From: Octopus vulgaris
Lineage: Eukaryota
Assembly (NCBI GenBank): GCA_951406725.2
Contig: OX597815.1
Coordinates: forward strand, 49,352,001 to 49,416,000
DNA length: 64,000 nucleotides
Direction of reading: 5' to 3'
Numbering within the stretch: the stretch's first letter is position 1; the number at the start of each line of letters is the position of its first letter. The notes under the pieces were generated by a model. The model did not search any database, was not told the origin of the DNA, and saw only the letters and a program-made list of their open reading frames with translations. This document shows, in pieces, positions 50,432 to 62,290 of this stretch. Made by a program: the position numbers and the translations under genes.

Positions 50432-51663
50432 ATATATCTTTATTAATATTGTTTTGCTATCCACTGCTGTAATTCTCAGCAACAGTAACAGCATGCCATA
50501 TTGGATGTTATATCCTGGAAGCCACTCAACTACATTGATGTTACTGGCAATAATTTTCCAAGTAACACTGCTAAAACAGCCCTGTTTACCAAAAGCTAAT
50601 GTTGGTTAGCAGTGGGGGCCGAGATGCTGGAACAATATTGTGAGACTCATCTTGGCTGTGCCTATTTAAAAAAGTTCAAGTTACAATATATCTTCTGTAG
50701 ACATAACCACAAGCAAATGGATTATGAAGGGAAAGTGAGAGAGAGAGAGGGGGGTGATGGAGACAGAGAAAGAGACAGGATGTAAAAAATAAGGAAGGAA
50801 AGAGAGTATGTGGGGTTGATAGTGTGATGTCATAACTACCCAAGCATGGGAGGAAATGGGAAACTGGAGACTCCAAACAGGTCAAATTTGCAAAGCTTTC
50901 AAAAAATAACATAATTGCTAAATATGCCATGCAAAATGTCTAATTTAGTCAAATACTAATGTAACACACCTTGAAATGTTATTTAACAAAGTTATTTATA
51001 GTTTACTACTACTACTACTACTGATGATGATGATGATGATGATGATTCTTTCTACAATAGTCATGAGGCTTGAAATTTAGGGAAGAAAGCTAGTTGAACA
51101 CTGGGTCGGTTACATTGGCTGTAGTGCTCAACTGGTGCTTATTTTATGAAGCCCCCAAAAGAATTAAAGGCAAAGTCAACCTCATCCATAATAATTATTA
51201 TAATGATGATGATGATAATGATAATGGTAATAGGCACAAGGCCTGAAATTTTTGGCAAGGAGACTAGTTGATTACATTGACCCCAGTGTTTTACCGGCCC
51301 CGAGAGGATGAAAAGCAAGGTCGACCTTGGCAGAATTTGAACTCAGAATATAGAGACATATGTAAGGAAAAATATAAGATATCTTCTATTGGAAATTCTA
51401 CAAGCAGAGAATCGAAAATATCTTTTTTTATTTTCTGTCTGAAGAATTTCTAATAGGAGATATCTTACACATTTCTCCTATTTGCATGATTTTGAAACTC
51501 CTATTAGCAAATGAAACACAAATAATGGTGAATCATTAACACCAAAATATTTTTCCAATCTCCTGTTTTGATGTATGTATGTATGTATGTATGTATGTAT
51601 GTATGTATGTATGTATGTATGTATGTATGTATGTATGTATGTATGTATGTATGTATGTTTGTA

Positions 51664-52040
51664 TGTGTTAACAAGGTGATTCTTAGAGAAAAGAATATGG
51701 AAGAGTTCAGAGTTGCAAATGTTACAAAATCCTTTGCTCTTGCCATAAGGGAAAGAGATGGACAGGATGAACCAATCTAACTTAAAATCCTTATTGTTGT
51801 CTTTAAGATACCAAACCAATTTACTTAGCCCTGTGCTATAACGTTTACTACTATCCCTAAATGAAGAATAATGATTGGAAATTCTTTTAGATAACTGGGA
51901 AGAGGATGCGCCAATGTAGAAATAGACATCAGTACCGCAAGAAATTTTATGTTGGTATATAGAATTCTTAATCTTAGAATTATTAGACATAAATTTAATT
52001 CTGTTGGGGTTGTCCTCAGAGACCAAAACTATGTTATTAC
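51664..52040 (-). pseudogene. Penelope-like element GIY-YIG endonuclease fragment
   Basis: SIYQHKISCGTDVYFYIGASSSQLSKRISNHYSSFRDSSKRYSTGLSKLVWYLKD...LDWFILS...CNICNSELFHIL...NHLVN carries the IY..YIG, R..H..SF, T.LS..W.LK and CxxC..E motifs of PLE GIY-YIG domains. Confidence 0.88.
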
Positions 52041-52051
52041 TATTATTATTA

Positions 52052-52129
<78 letters not shown>

Positions 52130-52131
<2 letters not shown>

Positions 52132-52660
52132 TTGTAACATTTGCCACTCTGAACTCTTCCATATTCTCTTCTCTAAGAATCACCTTGTTAACACACTTAT
52201 AGAGCGATCTTACAAAAGTAAGCACTGGCAGAAACATACCTTTAGTGATTTTTACCAGTCTTTATAGTTTGAACGTTTAGTTCACCTTGCACTTTACTTC
52301 AATAGAGAAATCTACTTCCATGCCTTTGAACATTTTTCAACCAATATATCCCTCTTTATTTGTTCTCTACTTATTATTTCTTTACTCCTTCTCTTCGTAG
52401 GGTCTGCCTTTGACGTCGGATCTACTAACATTTTTTTTTTAAATAATTAATAGCGTTCTGTTTATTATTTATGCAGTCATCAAAATTGTTATAATGTCTT
52501 GTTGTTGAGATAGGTTCTCTTTCTTTCCTGATGAGAAAATTACATTATTTTACACCATTTATTCCTTTGGAATAAAACCAATGTTGTCTTCGAAACATAT
52601 GTCAAAAGTAAAAGAATTTGAATAACATCTGCATTCAACTCCATTTATTTACTTATATAT
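52130..52660 (+). mobile_element. Inverted Penelope-like terminal repeat (GIY-YIG C-terminus plus 3' UTR with hammerhead)
   Basis: 52130-52195 is the reverse complement of 51664-51729 (2 mismatches in 66 nt). It continues LIERSYKSKHWQKHTFSDFYQSL* to a stop at 52267. Confidence 0.85.
52521..52616 (+). ncRNA. Type I hammerhead ribozyme (PLE-associated, possibly decayed)
   Basis: CTGATGA at 52528-52534, long AT-rich stem II closed by G-C, GAAA at 52592-52595, palindromic stem III CATATG, and a GTC cleavage triplet. Stem I (TTCTCTTTCTTTC/AAAAGTAAAAGAA) is imperfect. Confidence 0.72.
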
Positions 52661-52703
52661 ATATATATATATATGTGTGTATATATATATATATATATGT
52701 GTG

Positions 52704-52734
<31 letters not shown>

Positions 52735-52948
52735 GGTTCAAATTTACAGAAAACAAAAGATGAAGACAGGTGAAAGAACAACAAACAGGTGTATTAGTTT
52801 TTAATCTTCGGGAAGAAGGGAAGAGTCTTTTACATTTCGACAGACAGGATTAAGAGGAAAAGAAACGGAAAGAGAAGAAAATGTGTAGGACTTAATGGCT
52901 CCACATAGATAGACAGACAGACAAACAGATATAGATAGATAGACAGGC

Positions 52949-53034
<86 letters not shown>

Positions 53035-53044
53035 ATAGATGCAT

Positions 53045-53444
53045 GTGTGTGTCCCCTCCCACATTACTTGACAACCAGTGTTGGTGTGTTTACATCTCCA
53101 AAACTTAGTGGTTCAACAAAGAGACTAAAAGAATAAGTATTGAGCTTTAAAAAATTAGCAAGTACTGCAGTCAATTAATGCAACTAAAAGTTCAAGGTGG
53201 TGCCCCAGCATGGCCACAGTCAAATGACTGAAACAAGTAAAAGATCAGAGATAAAAAAAAAAGATAGCAATTCCATCCCTTTTTCAGTAACTTATTGAAG
53301 GAATCTCACTTAGGCACAGGCATGACTGTGTGGTAAGAAGCTTACTTCCCAAGCACCTGGTTCTGGGTTCAGTTCAACTGCACAGTGCCTTGGGGCAACC
53401 AAAATCTTGTGAGTGGATTTGGTAGATGGAAACTGAAAGAAGCC

Positions 53445-53500
<56 letters not shown>

Positions 53501-53700
53501 TTGTGTATCTGTCTTTGTTGCCCCATCATTGCTTGACAACTGATGTCATTGTGTTCACATACCGCTAACTAATCAGTTCAGCTTAAGACTCCAATAGAAT
53601 TTGTACTAGGCTCACAAAGAATAAGTCCTGGGGTCAATTTGCTTGACTAAAAGCAATACTCCAGCTTGGCCACAGTCAAATGACTGAAACAAGTAAAAGA
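53045..53700 (+). mobile_element. Two tandem SINE family A copies (3' half 53045-53250; near-full 53312-53700)
   Basis: Two CAGTCAAATGACTGAAACAAGTAAAAGA tails and a head at 53312. Confidence 0.85.
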
Positions 53701-54875
53701 ATTGCTCTGTTATCTTCTTGTAACAGTGCTTCTATGTTTTACGGTAGTGAACTGCTCCCTTCCAAAGTACCTTTTAACAGCTTTGCCAAAGAAATTTAAA
53801 TGTCTTAATCTAGGACACACCTTATATCAGGGATGAACTCGTAAGTTTAAGTTTAAATAGACGAGTAACTTAATAATAACTGGCCATCTGTAACTCTGAA
53901 AATAAATGTCATGGAATCTAGTTTGTTAGTACCTGGCTGTCTTTGTCAATCTCTATTGAGGTTTTATTTTCTTAAAATTTGTTACAAACGAAAAATCTGT
54001 TTAACCTGACATTTTGTATGTTTGCCCAAACATGTATACAAATACACACATGTGTGTGTTTGAATGTGTGTGTGTGTGAACATGTGCTTGTATGTATGCA
54101 TGTATGTGTGGTATGAGCGAACATGCATGCTTATATAAATTACAATGAACGTTTATGCCAGAGTTATGAGATTTCTCGGCAGATAACTTTGTAGACACCA
54201 TCATTCGATATTATTTTCATGTTTATTTATTTATGTTTTTTTTTTTGTTTTGACAATATTTGTTCATTTTTAAGTGTATAAATAACATTAAAAACTAAAT
54301 TACATCCATGACATTCGGTAATAAAAGAGAAACAACAGAGTAACACAATAAATAACATAACAAAAAAAGAAAGAAACAGACAGAAAAAAATAACACAAAT
54401 AAACCAATAACAACAACAACAACAACAACAACAACAAAATGTCACCTTTTACTGCAGCAATCAAAAGTCAAAATACTTATAAACTACAGCAGCTTATCCC
54501 CCCACCCTCTCTCTCTCTCTCTCTCACACACACACTCACACACACATACACACACACAATGTCAACTTGTGCTTCTGTCTCTGAGTGATGGTAACTAAGT
54601 TTGGCAACATGTGACATTTCTCCCCAATTTGTGTGCTATGCTGTTCAGTTCAAAGCAACAATGAAAAGCTGGCTGTCTCCTCTGTTTTCTTTCACTAGCA
54701 GCTCTTGTGCCATTCTATCTTTTGGCATTCTCTTAACTGTGTTTGTTCTAGAATCGTTGTCTACAGGACATTCTTGTAGTAACATACACAGACATACACA
54801 TGTTCCTGACATAAAGCATGGACATATATGCATACATACATGTACATATGTATATGTGTTTGTGTGTGTGTGTGT

Positions 54876-54920
<45 letters not shown>

Positions 54921-56065
54921 GGTGCATTTTAGAATTTAGCTTCACAATATTTATTTCTGTCTTTTTTCTGCCATCTATTTTCATTCTTCTTCTTCTTCTT
55001 CTTCTTCTTCTTCTTCTTCTTCTTCTTCTTCTTCTTCTTCTTCTTCTTCTTCTTCCAGCATACCTCTGACTGATATCCTGCTCACCACCACCACCACCAC
55101 CACCACCGTCACCACCACCACAGCCGCCGCCGCATCCTTCCCCCACCCCCACCACCTACTGCAACCGAAACTAACCACCAACAATCATTATGACTACTAA
55201 CCACCAACACCACCACCATCAAAAACACCATCCCCAATTACCATCACTAGCACCGACACCACCACCACCACCACCACCACTACTACTACTACACCACTAT
55301 CACCACCACCACCACCACCACCACTATCATCACTACTACCATCAGCAGCATTCACACCACCTAAACCAGTGCAGCACCAATATACAGACAGATATCTTGG
55401 AACTTTAGGCAAGGAAGCCGATCTTCCGAGAAATTTGTAACATCGGGTGTGTATTAGTAACCGGGTTTCTGTAATCTTGGATAGACTGAGGGCTAGAGGT
55501 AGGGGTGTAGGGTAGGGTGGCTGTACTACGGAGACGGGGGAGTGAGGGAGGGGGAAGGGATGGATGGATGGATGGATGGAGGAAAGATGCAGAAAGGAAG
55601 TCTGCATCGTTGGTATGTTGGTAAGGAATTGACAAGGGTAGCTAGAGGTTGGTAGAAGAGGGTAGATGTGGAAGTGGTAAAGGTAGGATAGCTGAGAGAG
55701 CGAGAGAGAAAGAGAGAGAGAGAGAGATTTACAGCACTAACTTGCATGCCGAAGTGTGTGCATATGTGTGTGTGTGTATATAGGTGTGTGTATGTGTGTC
55801 TGTACAGGTATGTGACTGTGGTAATGACAGGGGTGGATAGAGGGTAGATATGGATATGGCATTGGAGTTAGTGGTGGTGGTGGCGGGTAAGGCAGTTGTC
55901 GGATAGCTTAGAGAAACTCACAGAACTGCTATTTACCTAGGTGAATATATATATATATGTGTGCATATATACATGTGTGTGCTTGTGTGTGCATATATAT
56001 ATGTTTATATGCTTATGCGTGTGAACAATATATGTGTGTATGCATGTATATATATATGTATATAA

Positions 56066-56101
<36 letters not shown>

Positions 56102-56178
56102 GCATATATATATATGTATATGTATACATATGCATGTATATATGTATATGTATACATATGTGTGTGTATATATATGCA

Positions 56179-56212
<34 letters not shown>

Positions 56213-56240
56213 AATATACATATACACATACATATATATA

Positions 56241-56302
<62 letters not shown>

Positions 56303-56852
56303 TGTATGTATGTATGTATATAGCTATGTATCTATGTGTGTATGTATGTATGTATGTATGTATGTATGTATATTCTGAGAGTGTAGGTAATGAAGTGACA
56401 GGGATATATAAAAGATAGATACAGTAAGTGTGGGTGTGGTAGTAGTTGGATACCTAAGAAAATTTTCAGAGTTGTTTGTATATCTAAGAGAATATATGTA
56501 TGTGTCTATGTGTGTGTGTGTGTGTGTGTGTGTGCAGGTATGTAAATTAGGAAAGGAAATGAGTAGAGAGAGGCTAGATATAAGTGTAGTGGTATGGTGG
56601 CAGAAGTGGTGATGGTTGTAATAACTCCACAGAAAGTGACAGCAATGTTATAGAGCATGTATTATTTGTTGGGTGGGAATGCATGTGTCTATATAGGGGG
56701 CAGAACTAATGGGGGTAGACAAAGGATAAATGTGATGGTGGTGGTGATGGTGGTGGTGGTGGCAGTGGTGCTAGGAATATAGCTGTGGTCAGAATGTTGA
56801 GAGACCTTCACAGAGCACACACACACATATGCATATATATATTTATATACAT

Positions 56853-57450
56853 AGGCGTAGGAGTGGCTGTGTTGTAAGTAGCTTGCTTACCAACCACATG
56901 GTTCCGGGTTCATTCCCACTGCGTGGCACCTTCGACAAGTATTTTCTACTATAGTCTCAGGCCGACCAAAGCCATGTGAGTGGATTTGGTAGACAGAAAC
57001 TGAAAGAAGCCTGTCGTATATATGTATATATGTGTATATATGTATGTGTGTGTATATGTTTGTGTGTCTGTGTTTGTCCCCAACATTGCTTGACAACCGA
57101 TGGTGTTTTATTTATGTCCCCGTAATTTAGTAGTTCAGCAAAAGAGACTGATAGAATAAGTACAAGGCTTCCTAAGAATAAGTCCTGGGGTTGATTTGCT
57201 TGACTAAAGGTGGTGCTCCAGCATGGTCGCAGTCAAATGACTGAAACAAGTAAAAGAGTAAAAGAGTATATATGCACCATGTCTTGGCAGAGGTGTAGCT
57301 GTAAGGTAAGAAACTTGTTTTCCAACCACATGGTTCCGGGTTCAGTACCACTGCATGGCACCTTGGGCAAGTGTCTTCTACTGTAGCCTTGGGCCAATCA
57401 AAGTCTTGTGAGTAGATTTGGTAGATGGAAACTGAAAGAAACCAGTCGTA
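56853..57450 (+). mobile_element. SINE family A, full copy (56853-57267) plus second head (57285-57450)
   Basis: A-box-like TGGCTGTGTTGTAAG, B-box-like GGTTCATTCCC, tail GTAAAAGAGTAAAAGAG. Confidence 0.9.
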
Positions 57451-57464
57451 TGTGTGTGTGTGCA

Positions 57465-57507
<43 letters not shown>

Positions 57508-57730
57508 GTATGTGTGTGTGTGTTTAAGTATAAAGGGTAAAGGAAATGAGATAATGATGATGATGATGGCAGTTGTACAGGCAATAGTTATAGAGGTGTT
57601 GGGGATGAGTATATATCTTTTAGTATTTACAAATATGCAATGTGTAGTATATCTATCTGAATGCATGGTTATCTTAGGGTACGTCTTTATAGGTTTGTAT
57701 TTGTAAGCATTTGTGTACAAGCATCGGTAT

Positions 57731-57764
<34 letters not shown>

Positions 57765-57914
57765 ATGTATGTGATAGTATGTGGTGAGGAAAACAAGATG
57801 AATGGGAATGAAGGTGCTTTGCGATAGTATTGCAATTGATATAAATTTTGTGTTTGCCTGTGTTTGTATGCATAATATTTGTGTGTGTGTGTGTGTGTGT
57901 GTGTGTTTGGTGAT

Positions 57915-58233
57915 GGCATGTGGTTTATTGGTTAGAGTAATCTGTGCATGATCATAAAGTCATGGGTTTGAATTCTGGCTGTGCACTGAGTCCTTGAGTA
58001 ACACATTTTATTTCACGTTGCTCCAGTCCACTCAGCTGGCGAAAATGAGTCATACCTGTACTTCATAGGGCCAGCTTCGTCACACTCTGCATCACAGAAA
58101 ATCTTCCTGAGAATTACGTTAAGGAGACACGTGTCTGTGGAGTACTCAGCCACTGGCACAATAATTTCATGAGGAGGATGTTCTGTTGATCAGATCAACT
58201 GGAAACCTTGTTGTCGTAAGCGACGAAGTGCCA
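57915..58233 (+). mobile_element. tRNA-derived SINE family B
   Basis: tRNA-like head, then CCTTGAG.AA.ACA..TTATTTCAC.TTGCTCCAGTCCACTCAGCTG. Sister copies lie at 60610-60928 (+) and 14913-15185 (-). Confidence 0.82.
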
Positions 58234-58324
58234 ATGTGTGAGTGACTGTGAGACAGGCAATTCATGAGAGTGGAATAAATGAGATGACAAAGCAAGCACT
58301 ATATGCATATGAGGTGTGTCCTTT

Positions 58325-58782
58325 ATGTTTTACTTGCTTCATTCATTGGACTGTGGCCGTGCTGGGGCATTGCCTTACTCTTTTACTCTTTTACTTGTTT
58401 CAGTCAGTTGACTGCGGCCATGCTGAAGCACCACCTTTAGTCGAAGAAATCGATCCCCAGGACTTATTTTTTGTAAGCCTAGTACTTATTCTATCGGTCT
58501 TTTTTGCCGAACTGCTAAGTTACGGGGACATAATCACACCAGCATCGGTCGTCAAGCAATGTTGAGGGGACAAACACAGACACACAAACTCACACACACA
58601 CACACATCTACATATATATGACAGGCTTCTTTCAGTTTCCGTCTACCAAATTCACTCACATGGCTTTGGTCGGCCTGAGGCTATAGTAGAAAACACTTGC
58701 CCAAAGTGCCATGCAGTGGGACTGAACCTGGAACCATGACGCTGGTAAGCAAGGTACTTACCACACAGCCACTCCTGTGCCT
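58325..58782 (-). mobile_element. SINE family A, full length (young)
   Basis: Reverse-complement match to 56853-57267 with CpGs retained. Confidence 0.9.
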
Positions 58783-59176
58783 ATATAAACGTAGCGACAG
58801 GTGAAATACTGTTAAGCAATTCGTCCAGTTTGCTAACGATTCTGCCAGCTTGCCACCTCGAACAATTTAGTTGAATAAATCAACCCCAGTACTTAGTTTT
58901 TATTTTTTTAATCTGATACTTATTCAGAACTGCTAAGTTAAAGGTGTGTAAACAAACCAACACTGGTTGTCAAGCAGTGGGCAATAGGGAACAAACACAA
59001 ACACCCAGACACACACAAAAACCTATACGTAAGTGTTTGTGTGTGTGTGCGTGTGTGTGTGTGTGTGGGTCATCACCACCATCATCATCATCATCGTCAT
59101 CGTCGTTGTCATCATCATCATTTAATATCTATTGTCCATGCTGGCATGGGTTGGAGGGTATATATATTTATATATA

Positions 59177-59270
<94 letters not shown>

Positions 59271-59342
59271 GATATAGATATATATGTGTGTGAGTATATA
59301 TGTATATATTTATTTATATGTGGATATACGTGTGTGTGTGTA

Positions 59343-59380
<38 letters not shown>

Positions 59381-59384
59381 CGTG

Positions 59385-59596
59385 TGTTTGTGTGTCTGTG
59401 TTTGTCTCCCCACCATCGCTTGACAACTGATGCTGGCGTGTTTATGTCCCCGTCATTAGCGGTTCGGCAAAAGAGACCGATAAAATAAGTACTAGGCTTA
59501 CAAAAAATAAGTCCTGGGGTTGATTTGATCAACTAAGGACGGTGCTCTAGCATGACCACAGTCAAAATGACTGAAACAAGTAAAAGAATAAAAGAA
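59385..59596 (+). mobile_element. SINE family A, 3' half
   Basis: CATCGCTTGACAAC...AAAGAGACCGAT...GACTGAAACAAGTAAAAGAA. Confidence 0.85.
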
Positions 59597-59630
<34 letters not shown>

Positions 59631-59708
59631 TTTAATCCAAACGGGAAAACAGAAAAAACAACAACACGTGGAACAATTACAGTATTATTATTAATAGGCG
59701 CTCAGGAA

Positions 59709-59743
<35 letters not shown>

Positions 59744-60107
59744 GAGAGAGACACACACACACAGACATAGATGGTATAGATATGCATGCATTTATATATA
59801 TGTATGAGTGTGTGGCTTAGTGTGTTGGACTCATGATCGTGAGTGTGGTTTTGATTCCTGGACCAGGTGATGTGTTGTATTTTGGCAAATGTGTGTAATA
59901 TTCTAAACTTAGAACCCTTTGTTAGAGAAACAAACTTCTTAGCACATCATTTTTGTTTCGGAAATGACATTGTAGGCTAATTGTGAAAGGCCAGAGCTTG
60001 CTGATAAAACAGATTGAACATTTGGACTGGATATGGCTGGTTTAGATACTCAAGTGTTTAAAAACTCAAGTGCCTTTTTCTTTTTCAGTTTTTGTATATG
60101 TAGGTAC

Positions 60108-60424
60108 GTGGAGGCACAATGGCCCAGTGGTTAGGGCAGCGGACTTGCGGTTGGAGGATCGCGGTTTTGACTCCCAGACCAGGCATTGTGTATGTTTATT
60201 GAGTGAAAACACCTAAAGCTCCACGAAGCTCAGGCAGGGGGTGGTGGCGACCCCTGTTGTACCCTTTCACCCCAACTTTCTCTCACTCTTTCTTCCTGTT
60301 TCTTGAGTAATGTTGCAATAGACTGGCATCCCGTGCAGCTGGGAGGAATACATACGCCACAGAAACCGGAAATCCAGGCCCATGAGCCTGGCTAGGCTTG
60401 GAAAGGGTGCATAAATAAATAAAA
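60108..60424 (+). mobile_element. tRNA-derived SINE family D
   Basis: TGGCCCAGTGGTTAGGGCAGCGGACTTGCGG..GGTTTTGACTCCC head and (TAAA)n tail. Confidence 0.75.
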
Positions 60425-60609
60425 TATATGTAGGAACACATTATCTAATGTATCCCTTTGAATATAAAAATTTATTAAGGTGTGATTTGAGGGAAATTTG
60501 GTTGCTATTCATAGCACTTGTATGACTAGACATAGACAGAGTGTCACTCATTAACTCCTGCTAGAGAATCAATGTGTATTGTGTGTATATATGTTGTTGC
60601 TGTTGTGAA

Positions 60610-60928
60610 GGTGCATGGCTTAATGTTTAGGTTATTTGGCTCACGACTGCAAGGCTGTGAGTTTGATTCCTAGTGGCATGTTGTATCCTTGAGCAAGACA
60701 CTTTATTTCACATTGCTCCAGTCCACTCAGCTGACAAAAATGAGGTGTACCTGTAATTCAAAGGGTCGGCCTTGTCACAGTCTGTGTCATGATGAATCTC
60801 TCTGAGAACTATATCAAGGGTACGCTCGTCTGTGGAGTGCCCAGCCACTTTCACATTAATTTCATGAGCAAGCTGTTCCTTTGATCATATCAACTGGAAC
60901 CCTCATGATTATTATCGATGGAGAGCCA
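60610..60928 (+). mobile_element. SINE family B
   Basis: Colinear similarity to 57915-58233. Confidence 0.82.
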
Positions 60929-61310
60929 TTTATATGGGTTAATGGGAACATGGTGTAAAGTGATGAAACATGGAGTATGACGTTTTGGGAGTATGGAGTA
61001 AGAGGAACATGGATGGAGTACAATGATGGCATATGAAGTGATTTGAGTATGAAATAAGGGGAGCATGGAGTAAAGTGATGGAGTATGGAGTAATGTGGAA
61101 CATGAAGGAATAAAGGAGTAATGAAGGATGGGTGAAAGAGAGTGATGAAGCAATGGAGTGATAAGGTTGGAATATGAAATGTGGAGTGATGGCGGACAGA
61201 CAGAAAAGAATATTGTGGAGTGATGGAAGATGGATTGCAGGGAGTGGGGTAAGAACAATGGAGAGGAGGGAACAAGAAGTAATAGGGTGAAGGAGGAAAT
61301 GGGGATTTAA

Positions 61311-61729
61311 CCTTTGGCATTCAGATTACTCTGTCAAATGTAATGCTTATTTGTTCACATTGTTTTGAATTAATCATTCATTACCCCATGACTTTGAGAT
61401 TTCGATGATTTCATCATCATCATCATCATCAGCAACAATAACAATAACATTTAACATCTGACAAGGGCTGGATGGATTGACAGGAAGTGGCAAAGCTAGA
61501 GGGCACACCAGGCTGGTTTCATAGTCTGTATTGGCTTGGTTTCTATATAGCTGGGTAGCCTTTCTAATGCAAACCACTCTACAGAGTGTACGGGGTGCTT
61601 TTCACGTGGCACCATCACCAACTTTTAGAATGACATTGTAGGGTATGTGTGAGAGGTCAGATTGGGTCAAGTTGAACATAGATGAGTAGAATATTTGGGC
61701 TGGATATGGCTGGTTTAAATGCTAAAGGG
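61311..61729. mobile_element. piggyBac-type MITE interrupted by an RTE 3' fragment (61411-61618, minus)
   Basis: TTAA-CCTTTGGCATTCAG ... AATGCTAAAGGG-TTAA, with an internal (CAT)n tract and RTE-like 3' UTR. Confidence 0.8.
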
Positions 61730-61859
61730 TTAAAGAAAGTGGAAACAGAAAATAATTGCACATTGTTCATGTTGTTCAACCCTAGGACAGCTCTGATCCA
61801 GCACAATTAGGATCAAAAGAATATGATCATACCATCCAATCATTTTTTGTTTTGCTTTT

Positions 61860-62290
61860 GCATGGTACAAAGTTTGCTTCCTATCCACATAGTTCTTTCT
61901 AGGTTCAGTCCCACTGCGTGGCACCTTGGGCAAGTATCTTCTACCATAGCCTTTGGCTCACCAAAACCATGTGAGCGGATTTAGTTGATGGAAACTGAAA
62001 GAAGCCCATCATATGTGTGTGTCTATGTGTGTGTGTGTATCTGTGTGTGTGTGTGTGTGTGTGTGTGTTTGTGTTTGTATTTGTCCCCTACCAATTCTTG
62101 ACAACCAGTGCTGGTGTGTTTATATCCCTGTAACTTAGCAGTTTGGCAAAAGAGACCGATAGTGTAAGTATCAGGCTTAAAACATGTAAGTACTGGGGTT
62201 GGTTCATTCAACTGAAGTTCTTCTTCAAGGTGGTGCCCCAGCATGGCCAGAGTATAATGACAAAAACAAGTAAAAGATTAAAGATAAAAG
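61860..62290 (+). mobile_element. SINE family A
   Basis: GGTTCAGTCCCACTGCGTGGCACCTTGGGCAAG head, (TG)n core and tail. Confidence 0.85.

Noticed and set aside
54645-55500. Minus-strand ORFs around the (TTC)n/(CAC)n block
   Set aside because: No recognisable domain, weak splice sites and mostly trinucleotide repeat. Not supportable without transcript data.
60108-60185. tRNA gene (also other tRNA-like heads)
   Set aside because: The acceptor and T stems are degenerate and each head continues into a SINE body and tail.
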